From assembly GCA_032718475.1 (NCBI GenBank), contig JAUCBJ010007861.1, positions 1 to 63,323 of the forward strand: DNA of 63,323 bases, written 5' to 3'. The translations under genes and the position numbers were made by a program. Below are positions 13,756 to 26,440 of the stretch, in pieces. Each line of letters opens with the position of its first letter. Positions within the stretch are counted from its first letter, which is position 1. Origin of the DNA: Nemertoderma westbladi. Lineage: Eukaryota; Animalia; Xenacoelomorpha. The notes beneath the pieces were generated by a model. That model did no database searches. It worked only from the letters and a program-made list of their open reading frames with translations, and was not told the DNA's origin.

Positions 13756-14100
13756 TATAATGATATCGTAAATATACCGATATGTGAGTATGAGTAAGAA
13801 ATAATATAGTGCCGCATCTTGTATCGTATTATATTATTTCAATAAATGCTGACAAACTGACAAAGTAAGCTGGCTGGCATACCAGTCAGCCAGCAGGCCT
13901 ACAGCAGTACAGCTGTCAGTCTGTGGCTGTCCAGGACGACAGCATAGGTATCCTGAATGATATATCAGTAATCATGCACTGAATAATAATGTAAAATCCC
14001 ATCACCCTATATCCCATCTAATGTGCCAATCACTGATTGGCCGTTACCTAGTAACGGCCCTAGAGTATGTACCTCTATATAACTAAGGAATATCAATACA
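13756..14100 (-). repeat. Putative 5' LTR of Gypsy-1
   Basis: Abuts the PBS; minus-strand ends TGTATTGATAT...ATATCATTATA form an imperfect inverted repeat; outer boundary inferred. Confidence 0.45.
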
Positions 14101-14270
14101 CTTGATGTAACTATAAATGTGCTCTCATTGTTTTCGTGTTACCGCTAGATATAAACTATAATTGTATATTGGAAAATGAATATTTTAATAATAATAAATA
14201 TAATTTGTTAATATATTTAAATGGAAATATTTTTAACATTAATATAATATATACAAAAATATCTATATTA

Positions 14271-14384
14271 ATTACCCTATTATTGAGATATTTTCCCGGT
14301 TATTTAACCCGCGGGCAGGAAACAACACAAGTGTTCCTGCCCAAGGGTTAAATAACCGGGAAAATAATTCAATAATAGGGTAAT
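14271..14384. repeat. Long hairpin related to the Crypton-flanking hairpin at 60315-60449
   Basis: attaccctattatt...ccggttatttaaccc / gggttaaataaccgg...aataatagggtaat; the downstream taaaagggtt..tgttt.gggg tract also resembles ~60560-60620. Confidence 0.7.
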
Positions 14385-15654
14385 AAGTGTGTTATTCCCC
14401 GTTACTTTTACTCACCTACGAGTAATTTATTGCTAAGGCTTCAAACATTTGTAAAAGGGTTTTGTTTGGGGGGAGTTGATTAAAAATGGGGCTTGGTATT
14501 TTTGGGGGGAAATAACTAGGCATATATATTTTATCGCTATTTTTTTTCTATACTGCATTGATACTATTTAATTCAACGATGGTAGACATTATTTCAGTCA
14601 TTTTTATTGCTATATCATATGTGGCCTTTCTGCAGCAGAGCAATAAATTTATTAATAATTATGTATTTATATACTGTAGTAAGTAACAGCTTAAATTTTA
14701 TAGCTCTTTCTCAGATTTATTTCCCAGCTACAGATAAGGGGACTTACAACGGAATAAAAAGCGGGTGTAACAAGGGCGCATTGCATCCTTAAATGGTATA
14801 GCTAAATGAGCACTGGCTATTCCTCTGGGGAGTATAGCCCGCAGTGAAAATAAGTCGCCTGACTTTGCGTAATCCCTTGCCTAACGGCCGAATAAAAGTT
14901 TTACTGCTCCCAAGTGCTCAGATAATGTTATTCAATAAGATAGTATACCTAGAAATTAAGTGCACATTAAGGTATCCTATACTAGAACTGTGACTGCGGT
15001 GTAGTACTTTTGATATCACAGTTTTGTAGATTGGGGGACTAACTCTTGACGCAGACAATATTAAAACTAAGGTATCCGTGTAGCACTACATTTTTATACC
15101 ATAAATCATGGTTACCATGGCAACATTGTAGAGTTCTAGAACACAATATACATAGTATGCACTATTCTAGAACATAAATAAAATTAAAATTTTAACGTTC
15201 TAGAAATATAGCTAGTTACTTTTCAATTTTAAAATAGCTAGTAATTAAAAACAAAATACAAACATTTTTTTATTAATGTTTGCTAGTTTGGTAATTTTCA
15301 ATTATTCATTTAAATGTATTCAGAAATTTATTTAAAAATAATTTTTTTTTAAATTTAATAGCTATTTTAATTAAAAAAAACAAGCTACCGGTATATGTTA
15401 GGCCCCCCTCACACGGAGCAACTTGTTTCTGCAACTTGTTTCTGAAACTTGTTGCTGGACCCCTTCACACACAGAAACTTGTTGCTGCAACTTGTTTCCG
15501 AAACTTGTTTCTGTGTGTGAGGAGTCCAGCAACAAGTTGCTGCAAGTTGTTTCCGAAACTTATTTCTGTGTGTGAGGGGGTCCAGCAACAAGTTGCTGGA
15601 AGTTGTATTCCCAGCAACTTTTTTAAAAACCTTTTTTTACATCCAATTTTTATA

Positions 15655-16930
15655 CGAGAAAGGCATTTCCTAAAGGAAATGCAACCACGAAGCTAAGGAA
15701 AATTAAACAAACCGCCACACTTTGGTTCGTTGCTTAGCCTAGTTTAGTAGCATTTGCCAATAATTAACTTCTATTCCCATGGAAACTAAAGTTCTCTGGA
15801 ACTGTTGGTTTAATCTTTGAAAAAAGATTCAGTCCAGATTGTGGTTCAGATAACACATACCAAGTTTCAGAAAATATTGTAGTTTATGTCCAAATTACCG
15901 ATTTTCTATCAAAATGCATCTGTTTGCAGTGGTTGTCATGGAAACTGAAAAATAGAACAATGTAATTCGGATACAGAATAAGTCATATAATGGGGGTAGG
16001 TCTTGGTCCCATGTCATAATACTATTAACTTGTGTTTCAAATTATCATTTTAGCAATTTTAACATCTGTTTAGTCTTGTTGCTATGGTAATTGGATTGTG
16101 TAATTAACCTCGAATGGATTGTATATGGACCTTACAGATGAGTTGCAAAACCCCAAATTTATATTTATTACATTATTTTGCTACAAAAAGAGTAATGAAT
16201 TTAGATTTGAATGATATAGACTTTGATAAACTACAGTTACCATGGTAACTAGGTATTTCTGGAATGTTGTTTTGTTTCACTAAAAGTTCCAACCAGTGGT
16301 CCAGATAATACATACCCAGTTTCGTAAAATTTTATCGCGAAGTCTATGTCCAAATGAGTAATCTTTGCATAAAAACATCTGTTTTCAGCGGTTGTCATGG
16401 TAACTGCAAAATAAAACAATGAAATTCGGACGCAGAACAAATTATATAGTGGGGGTAGGGGTTGGTCCCAAGTCATAACACCTTGTCCTTAGGCTTCAAA
16501 TTATCATTTTATAAATTTTAACATCTGTTTAGCCTGGTTGCCAAGGTAACTGGATTTTCTATTTAACCTCAATCGGCTCTGCTATGGACCTTATAGTTGA
16601 GTTGAGAAACCCCAAGTTTATATCTATTATAGTTTCCCTACAAATAGAGTTTTAAATATTGACTTGAAATACAGAGACTTTTTTATAAGTCCGTTTCCAT
16701 GGAAACCAGATTTTTCCTGGATATGAGACCCGGCCCATCGACGGAGATGCGCCTCGACGAGTAGTATATACATGCAAAATTTCAGGGTACTTTTAAAGGC
16801 TAGTTTTTTCACCTATCAAAAAAAAACTAATCTGCCCCATACAAGTAAAATAGCCCACTATGAATAGACCATCTCAGCTAAGGAAAATCTTTCTTAGCGA
16901 AAGTAGTTGATTTTCCTTAGCTTCGTGGAT
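15655..16930 (-). mobile_element. Helentron-like non-autonomous element (HINE), copy 1
   Basis: Subterminal IRs CCACGAAGCTAAGGAAAAT / ATTTTCCTTAGCTTCGTGG; terminal hairpin GCATTTCCTaaAGGAAATGC; internal tandem repeats. Confidence 0.8.
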
Positions 16931-16972
16931 TATAGCTAATATTAGATAAATTCAGTGATTTTATATTATATA

Positions 16973-19786
16973 CCAGAAAGGCATTTCCTAAAGGAAATGC
17001 AACCACGAAGCTAAGGAAAATTAAACAAACGGGCACACTTTGGTTTGTTGCTTATCCTAGTTTAGTTGCATTTACCAATAATTAACTTCTATTCCCATGG
17101 AAACTAGAGTTCTCTGGAACTGTTGGTTTTACCTTTGAAAAAAGATTCAGTCCAGATTGTGGTTCAGATAACATACCGAGTTTCAGTAAATTTTGTAGTT
17201 TATGTCCAAATTACCGATTTTCTATCAAAATGCATCTGTTTGTGAGTGGTTGTCATGGAAACTGAAAATAGAACAATGTAATTCGGATGCAGAATAAGTC
17301 ATATAGTGGGGGTAGGTGTTGGTCCCAACTCAATACTATTAACTAGTGCTTCAAATTATAATTTTATAAATTTTAGCATCTGTTTAGTCTTGTTGCTATG
17401 GTAACTGGATTTTCTAATTAACCTCGAACCGGAACGGCTTGGATATGGACCTTATATGAGTTGCAAAACCCCAAGTTTATATATATTACAGTTCTGCTAC
17501 AAATATAGTTATGAATATAGACTTGAATAAACTACAGTTACCATGGTAACTATATATTTCTGGAATGATTTGAGTTTCACTAAAAGTTCTAACTAGTGGT
17601 CCGGATAACACATACCCAGTTTCGTAAAATTTTATCGCGAAGTCTATGTCCAAATGAGTAATTTTTGTGTAAAAACATCTGTTTTCAGCGGTTGTCATGA
17701 TAACTGCAAAATAGAACAATCAAATTTGGACGCAGAATAATTTATATAGTGGGGGTAGGGATTGGTCCCAAGTCATAACGCCTTAACCCTATTAAACCCG
17801 GGGGGGGGGGGGGGGTCAATATGACCCCCCCCGTGGTTTTTTAATATAATTCTGAAACAAACGCAGTTGGGAATCTGAAATTTTATGACTTTTCCTAAAA
17901 ATCTATTGTCTTCCTAGTAGTGAAAACCGTTTTAAAAAATATTTGGTACTTTTCGAGTTATAGCACCATTTTTTAACCCTACTATTGGCACTTTTTTTGA
18001 GACGTTTTTTGAAAATTACATTTCATTAAATATGAATTGTAACATCTCTAATTTTGATTTACACCGGTTTTTTGGTGTTAGAAATTTGATGGAATTCATA
18101 TCAATTGATTTAGAAATTTCAAACTTGTATTTTTCGGCGGGTACCAAATTTTGGTGCCAGCACCAAATTTTGAAATAAGTCAATTTTGTAAATTGAACGT
18201 TTGAAACTTGTTTTTTACGCAATTGGGGTTTTTTGGGTTTCTGGGTTCGATGAAATATATACGAGTTGCACCAAGCGTATCAAACTTGTATTTTTCGGTG
18301 CTGTGTGCAAATTTTGGTGCTAGCACGAAATTTTGAAAATCCATTCAATAGATAAAATTGCTTGTGACAATTTATTTCTTGCGTTTTAGAGGTTTATGGC
18401 TGTTCTGAATTCAATGGAAAATATAATTATCGAACTAGACATCTCAAACTTGTATTTTTCGGATGTGGGTGCAAAATGTGGTGCTAGCACCAAATTTTGA
18501 AAACCATCAAATATATCAATTGATTGTGTCACCTTGTTTCTTGCGTTATACGGGTTTGTGATGGTTCTGAATTCAATGGAATCAGTAAAAATTTCATAAG
18601 AGTTCTCAAACTTGTATTTTTCGCCGGTGGGTGAAAATTGTTGTGCCAGCACCAAATTTTGGAAAATATGCAAATTGATAAGTAGATAGTATCACCTTGT
18701 TTCTTGCGTTATACGGGTTTATGAGGGTCCTGAATCCGATGGAATCAATAAAAACAGCACTGGACATCGCAAACTTGTACTTTTTGGTGATGGGTACGAA
18801 ATTTGGTGCTAGCACCAAAATTTGCCAAATTACGCCGAAAAATACAAGTAGCAATGATCTGGCATATTAGAAATGTATTCCATTAGAATCAGCGCCCTCG
18901 AAAACCTGAAAATGTGAATTTATAGCATCGTATAAGTGAATTAAAAATTTTGTGTTCTAACTGAAAAGTGCTGGTTACTTGTTTTTTTCATTTTTTTCCT
19001 ACGCAGAGAGGACTAAACAGCCATTTATAGTAATCATATCATTTTTTAATATTTTCCAATGTATTTTGCACCCCAGAAAACCTGTATTGAAAAATAATTA
19101 GCCGAAAATGTAACTTTCAAATTTGGTGAAAATTGTGCACTACTTGTAATTTTGGTGCTGCAATATAACCACCCCAGTACATTTTTTCGAAATTTTTTTT
19201 TTCGGTCGGATCCAGACAAGTGATACCTACGTACAAACAAAAAATCAGACGTTTTCGTAAATATTTGTAGATTTTAGAGGGGAGGGTCAATATGACCCCC
19301 TCCCGGTATTTGTACAACATTTTATAGCCCGGTACTAATAGGGTTAACCTCAGGCTTCAAATTAACATTTTATAAATTTTAACATCTGTTTAGCCCGGTT
19401 GCCAAGGTAACTGGAATTTCTATTTAACCTCAATCGGCTCTGCTATGGACCTTATAGATGAGTTGAGAAACCCCAAGTCTATATCTATTATAGTTTTCCT
19501 ACAAATAAAGTTATAAATATTGACTTTAAATACATAGACTTTTTTCTAAGTCCGTTGCCATGGAAACCAGATTTTTCCTGGTTATGACACCCATCCTACA
19601 TGATGCGCCTCGACGAGTAGTACATACATGCAAAATTTCAGGATACTTTTAAAGGCTAGTTTTTTCCGGAATCAAAAAACCCCAAATCTGCCCCATACAA
19701 GTAAAATAGCCCACTATGAATATACCATCGCAGCTAAGGAAAATCTTTCTTAGCGAAAGTAGTTGATTTTCCTTAGCTTCGTGGAT
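16973..19786 (-). mobile_element. HINE copy 2, interrupted by a piggyBac-type MITE
   Basis: Same termini as copy 1; colinear with the other copies once 17787-19347 is removed. Confidence 0.8.
17787..19343. mobile_element. piggyBac-type non-autonomous element with internal ~163-bp tandem repeats
   Basis: TTAA TSDs at 17783-17786 and 19344-19347; ends CCCTATTA...TAATAGGG; GGGTCAATATGACCC palindrome near both ends; aaacttgta at 18121, 18282, 18446, 18608, 18771; empty site accttaacct in HINE copy 4. Confidence 0.9.
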
Positions 19787-20277
19787 AAATGACTGGACAT
19801 GTTAGCTATTTGCTTTTAAATAATTGTTATTTTCTTGAGCAACAAGTTTCTGTGTGTGAGGGGGGGGGGGCCAGCAACAAGTTGCTGAAACAAGTTTCGG
19901 AAATAAGTTGCAGAAACAAGTTGCAGCAACTTGTTTCTGTGTGTGAGGGGGTCCAGCAACAAGTTTCAGAAACAAGTTGCAGAAACAAGTTGCTCCGTGT
20001 GAGGGGGGCCTAAGAAATATACAAATTTTCAATATTCATTTAAATACAATTTTATTTAATTTAATAGCTATTTTTAAATTAAAAAAAAACTAGCTATATG
20101 TTCCAAAACATCATATTTTTTATTTTATTTATGTTCTAGAATAGTATATAATACATTCAATTTGTTCTATAACTCTTCAACGTTGCCATGGTAACAATGA
20201 TATAAGTTTTGTAATTTTAAAAATGTAGTGCTATACGGAACCTTAGTCAAAACGGTATTCCTTCTAGAATAATATTA

Positions 20278-21549
20278 CTAGAAAGGCATTTCCTAAAGGA
20301 AATGCAACCACGAAGCTAAGGAAAATTAAACAAAGGGCCACAATTTGGTTTGTTGCTTAGCCTAGTTTAGTAGCATTTGCCAATAAATAACTTGTATTCC
20401 CATGGAAACTAGAACTCTCTGGAACTGTTGGTTTTACCTTTGAAAAAAGATTCAGTCCAGATTGTGGTTCAGATAAAGATAACACATATCGAGTTTCAGA
20501 AAATATTGTAGTTTATGTCCAAATTACCGATTTTCTATCAAAATGCATCTGTTTGCAGTGGTTGTCACGGAAACTGAAAAATAGAACAATGTAATTCGGA
20601 TGCAGAATAAGTCATATTGTGGGGGTAGGGGTTAGTCCGAAGTTATAATACTATTAACTTGTATTTCAAATTATAATTTTATAAATTTTAACATCTGTTT
20701 AGACCTGTTGCTATGGTAACTGTATTTTCTAATTAACCTCAAACGGCTTGGATATGGATCTTATAGATGAGTTGCAAAACCCCAAGTTTATATATATTAC
20801 AGTTTTGCCTCAAATAGAGTTATCAATATAGACTTGAATGATATAGAGTTTAATAAACTACAGTTACCATGGTGACTAAATTTCTGGAATAATTAAAGTT
20901 TTACTAAAAGTTCCAACTAGTGGTCCAGATAACACATACCCAGTTTTGTAAAATTTTATCGCTAAGTCTATGTCCAAATGAATAATTTTTGTATAAAAAC
21001 ATCTGTTTACAGCGGTTGTCATGGTAACTGAAAAATAGAACAATGTAATTCGGATGCAGAATAAGTTATATAGTGGGGGTAGGGATTGGTCCCAAGTCAT
21101 AACACCTTGCCCGTAGGCCTCAAATTAACATTTTATAAATTTTAACATCTGTTTATCCCGGTTGCTAAGGTAACTGGATTTTCTATTTAGCCTCAATCGG
21201 ATCTGCTATGGACCTTATAGTTGTGTTGCGAATCCCCAAGTTTATATCTATTATAGTTTTCCTACAAATAGAGTTATAAAGATTGACTTGAAATACATAG
21301 ACTTTTTTTGAAGTCCGTTTCCATGGAAACCAGATTTTTCCTGGATATGAGACCCGGCCCAAAAGATGCGCCTCGCCGAGTAGTATATACATGCAAAATT
21401 TCAGGGTACTTTTAAAGGCTAGTTTTTTCCGGAATCAAAAAAAACCAAATCTGCCCCACACAAGTAAAATAGCCCACTATGAATAGACCATCTCAGCTAA
21501 GGAAAATCTTTCTTAGCGAAAGTAGTTGATTTTCCTTAGCTTCGTGGAT
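20278..21549 (-). mobile_element. HINE copy 3
   Basis: ctagaaaggcatttcc...ttccttagcttcgtggat termini. Confidence 0.8.
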
Positions 21550-21643
21550 CAGGTCTCAATCTTTAAAATCGGTTCCAGATTTACTATACCTAACTACTTT
21601 CCACGTATGCAAGGCCTCTCTGTACATTACTGTCGCTGTCTTA

Positions 21644-23103
21644 GGCCGCGTTCAAACTACCGAGTCAAAGTCAAAGTCAAAAGACAAAATGTAAAAAAAA
21701 TAACAAGAAAGTAATTTTTTTCTAGAACGCCATTATGTATTATATTAGGCCTATACTAGAAAGGCATTTCCTAAAGGAAATGCAACCACGAAGCTAAGGA
21801 AAATTAAACAAAGGGCCACAATTTGGTTTGTTGCTTAGCCTAGTTTAGTAGCATTTGCCAATAAATAACTCTAGTCATGGAAACTAGAGTTCTCTGGAAC
21901 TGTTGGTTTTACCTTTGAAAAAAGATTCAGTCCAGATTGTGGTTCAGATAACACATTTACCGAGTTTCAGAAAAATATATTGTAGTTTATGTCCAAATTA
22001 CCAATTTTCTATCAAAATGCATCTTTTTGCAGTGGTTGTCATGGAAACTGAAAAATAGTACAATGTAATTCGGATGCAGAAAAGTCATACAATGGGGGTA
22101 GGTCTTGGTCCCAAGTCATAATACTATTAACTTGTGTTTCAAATTATCATTTTAGAAATTTTAACATCTGTTTAGTCTTGTTGCTATGGTAATTGGATTG
22201 TGTAATTAACCTCGAATGGATTGTATATGGACCTTACAGATGAGTTGCAAAACCCCAAATTTATATTTATTACATTATTTTGCTACAAATAGAGTATTGA
22301 ATTTAGACTTGAATGATATAGACTTTAATAAACTCCAGTTACCATGGTAACAAGATATTTCTGGAATGTTGTGAGTTTCACTAAAAGTTCCAACTAGTGG
22401 TCCAGATAACACATACCCAGTTTGGTAAAGTTTTATCGCGAAGACTATGTCCAAATGAGTTATTTTTGTATAAAAACATATGTTTTCAGCGGTTGTCATG
22501 GTAACCGCAAAATAGAACAATCAAATTCGGACGCAGAATAAGTCATATAGTGGGGGTAGGGGTTGGTCCCAAGTAATAACACCTTAACCTTAGGCTTCAA
22601 ATTAACATTTTATAAATTTTAACATCTGTTTAGCCCGGTTGCCAAGGTAACTGTATTTTCTATTTAACCTCAATCGGCTCTGCTATGGACTTTATAGTTG
22701 AGTTGAGAAACCCCAAGTTTATATCTATTATAGTTTTCCTACAAATAGAGTTATAAATATTGACTTGAAATACATAGACTTTTTTCTAAGTCCGTTGCCA
22801 TGGAAACCAGATTTTTCCTGGATATGAGACCCATCCCACACGATGCGCCTCGACGAGTAGTATATACATGCAAATTTTCAGGGTACTTTTAAAGGCTAGT
22901 TTTTTCACCTATCAAAAAACCCCAAATCTGCCTCATACAAGTAAAATAGCCCACTATGAATAGACCATCTCAGCTAAGGAAAATCTTTCTTAGCGAAAGT
23001 AGTTGATTTTCCTTAGCTTCGTGGATAATGTATTATTATTTATTATTGCTAGCTAGCTATATTTATTTTCTTTTGACTTTGACTCAGTAGTGTGAACGCG
23101 GCC
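21644..23103. mobile_element. MITE-C with PIF/Harbinger-like termini, hosting HINE copy 4
   Basis: ggccgcgttcaaactaccgagtcaaagtcaaa and ttttgactttgactcagtagtgtgaacgcggcc; flanks TTA and TAA. Confidence 0.8.
21756..23026 (-). mobile_element. HINE copy 4
   Basis: Same termini and internal repeats as copies 1-3. Confidence 0.8.
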
Positions 23104-26100
23104 TAACGGGATCATCTGCTGGTAACAACTCTGTAATAAGTTCTAAACAAAGCCGTTGTGAACTGTAACCATGGTAGCTAGTGCATGGAACCTATTAATA
23201 TGCAAATATTTTATATTTTATTATTATATTCTAATTGATTGGCCGTAACTAAGCTACCAAAAGCGGGATAGGATTAATAACTGGTTATTTTCCCCAGGGC
23301 GAATTCAGCTATTTTTTTACATAGCCCACCATTGCATTGTATTGTTATTTTAAACAGTTTTTAATGGGGAATAACTCTCTTTGTTGCCCTCATGGAGCAA
23401 TGAAAATCTGAAATTTACATTATTTTTCTCATTTTATTCAATGTTTCCAACATTTGCAGGTTCGAACACTTCTATTTATCGTAGAATGCTCTATATAGGC
23501 GCATTCGAACCATAATGTGCAATGTAGTTAGTTGCAAAATACGGAAAACTTTTAGTTTATTAATGTAGTTGGAGAGCTTTTAATTTTTTTAATAACTTCA
23601 AAAGTGTTCAAAAATAATAATAATTGAGATAAAAATATAAATTTCCAGATATATATTTCATTGTCAATGAGGGTTCCTCGGCTGCCAAGACCGGCATTTT
23701 TCTTCATTTTCTCTTCCATGTTATTTTTTACTTTCATAATAACGAATATCCAAACAGTTATTTTGTTCAATTACATCAAACCAGATTAAACCAATATTTC
23801 ACAGCGCGGTTCCAATCCAACCAAAATACCAAATCCTATAACAGGTACAGTATACTATGCTATGTTGCAGTGTTATGTTGCTTATTGCTAACCGTATTCA
23901 CCATAAATTAAACACGGTCAAATACACTATATTTGTTAATTCGTAAAAGCGATGTAGTTTATGTGTAGTCACCATGAAACTTTGTCTGCAAACGAGTACA
24001 TGAATATTTTATGGTGAAGGGGTGATATTGGGAATACAGTGTACAGTGCAGTAGTATGGTGGCCCATGGTAGCCACTATAAAACTCTTGATAAAATATTT
24101 AAATAATTAATAAGTGGAAAAAATATCTTGAAAAAAAATAATTAAAAAAATTCTTAAAAAAAATAAGTAAAATAAAATATCTTGAAAAAAAAAGATTTTC
24201 CATAAAATATAAATACTGTTAAAGAAAAAAAATACCCCACGTGGCCCAGGGCTGCCATCACCCCATAATCAGATAACAGTTGGCCCATGGCTGCCATTAA
24301 AAAAACAAATTAATAGTAAAATATATAAAATACCTCCTCGTGGCCCAGGGCTGCCACTGCCCCCAGAATCAGTAATACATGGACCATGGCTGCCAGACTA
24401 CTGTGGGGCGAGCCACGAAGTAAGTGAGCCTTAGCGTAGGGGTAGCATTAATCAACCTGTCGTTCTGTCGCTTTTTTTGTTGTTGATCTGTCGTTCTGTT
24501 GTGTCCAATTTTAAACGTTAATAACTCAGCCAATCCTCGATAAAATCTATCCAAACATGGTACACATGTTGTTTGGCAAAAGTTGAGATATTTTCCAAGT
24601 AGAATTTCCGTGTGGCCTTCTTGAAGCTAAGATAATAGCAGTTAATTAGTTAATTAAGTTGATTACTGTAAAAACACAATTTGCAACCTGCCTTTTCAAG
24701 GAAATTAATTATTTTATAGTATAACTGATAAGATTTAAATAATTATACTTAAAAGTTATATAGCTGTAATCCCCATACCCAATTACATTGTAGTTTTTAA
24801 TTAGTTCATGTGATTTTCTTTAATAAATGTGTCTTTAATTGATCTAAAACTTAATTAAAACTTCACAATTATTGAGTACAAATTTAATCCTGCCCATTAT
24901 TGGTTAATATAGTCTCTGCGGGGGTGTGGAGCAGCTAGCTGCTGGGAGTTTTACCTGTAGCTTAACCAGAGGGGAATTGTAATAGGCAGCAGTGTTGCTA
25001 TTCCAGCCCAGACAGCATTCTTTAACTTCTACCATCCTGCCTGTATTCCCAGTTCCTATTGAATCTGTATGCAATAATTGCTTTGGTCCAAAATATGTCG
25101 AAATTTTTTTATGGTCTATTATAATGCACCATTGAATGGTGTTTCCAAATCTGAAAACCGCTATTTAATAGATCTTTTAGTTTTCAAGTTATGTAAATTT
25201 CCATTTAGGGAATCCTATTGAAATTACTATTACTATGTATAATGAAAGGTCGATTATCTCCAAATATTTTTTTCATGAAATTGTCAACTTCAAAACCCTA
25301 CTACTTCTACAATTTTTGAGTAATTAGTCTGAAACTTCCTGTGGGTGTCTAGATAGCCACCCTGCATAAAAGTATCAGACAACTTTTCGAAATTTTTTGT
25401 TAATAAAATTTAATACTATTTATAAAAAACCTAAAAATTCGCATAAATTTGCAGCGCCACCTAGCGGTTCAGAATTTTCAGAAATTTCGCCTGATAGTTA
25501 TGTTGCCCCATCTTTGATCTATCATATAAAAAAAACTTTCATGTGATTAGGTTCAAAACTGTAAAAGTCTTAGGGTTTTAAGCGCAACCAAGTTTTTTTT
25601 ATTGTTAACTAGTATTAACTAATATTAAATAGCGAAAATTTTTTTTTTCTTACCTGTCATGTAGAATAGCATCTTATGCACCTATATGCCAAATTTTAGC
25701 CAAAACCAAACAATTTTGAAACCCTGAGAGTGATAAATCGAAGAGTTGTCCGAAAATGGTGTACCCCCCCTTAATATTATTCCATTTTGTATAAAACAAG
25801 TGATGTGGTTGGGGAAACCTGCTAGGGGCTGCAACTAAGCAGCAACCAATCACGTTAATCCTGTTTAACACAGAGTCAATGAGAATGGAATATTGCTAAC
25901 TTCAAAAAGTTCAGGTTACCATTATTCCAAAGTAATCAGATAATACAGCAATATGCTGCTACCTGCTAGCTAGTGATAGTCTGTTAGTAATCGAGTAAGC
26001 CATATAATATTATATCAGTATATGGTCTGATGGTACAATACCAGGCATAATATTATGCACCGTATGTAATTTAAGTGGATTAGTTTAATTACAATGATGT

Positions 26101-26440
26101 AAACTTTAAATGAAATATTTTATAGTTAAGTCTGGTTAAGTAATAAACATACTGTCTGACTGTACTTATACAATACAGCAATATCTGATTGAAGTACTTG
26201 CCATGTAGTAATATTCAATGTGGCAAAATACAGGTCTCGCATATCAGTTCATCACCCTGAAACTCGTGTTGCGTTTTATTCACACAACTTTTATGATACC
26301 AATCACTTCGTGCACAAGTGCCGGATTAACCTTAAGGCATATAAGGCATATGTGCCTTAGGGCCAGCCGAAAATACGGGCCATTTTTTCTCAGCGAGTCA
26401 TTCCTGTGAAAAAAATATTTTTATCTGAAAAATCCACATT

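Larger units (their letters stand above)
15401..20030. mobile_element. MITE-B with PIF/Harbinger-like GGCC termini and ~200-bp repetitive TIRs
   Basis: ggcccccctcacacggagcaacttgtttctg and its reverse complement ending at 20030; gcaacttgtttc subrepeats; flanks TTA and TAA. Confidence 0.85.
15071..20242. mobile_element. Outer non-autonomous TIR element (MITE-A) hosting nested insertions
   Basis: Ends ggtatccgtgtagcactacattttt and aaaaatgtagtgctatacggaacc; both arms carry an X-box-like GTTRCCATGGYAAC; flanks TAA and TTA. Confidence 0.7.

Noticed and set aside
24040-25775. Further MITE, Helitron or Kolobok-like remnants (gtggccca.ggctgcca repeats; ...ccccccTTAA end)
   Set aside because: Clearly repetitive, but paired ends and TSDs could not be established by eye
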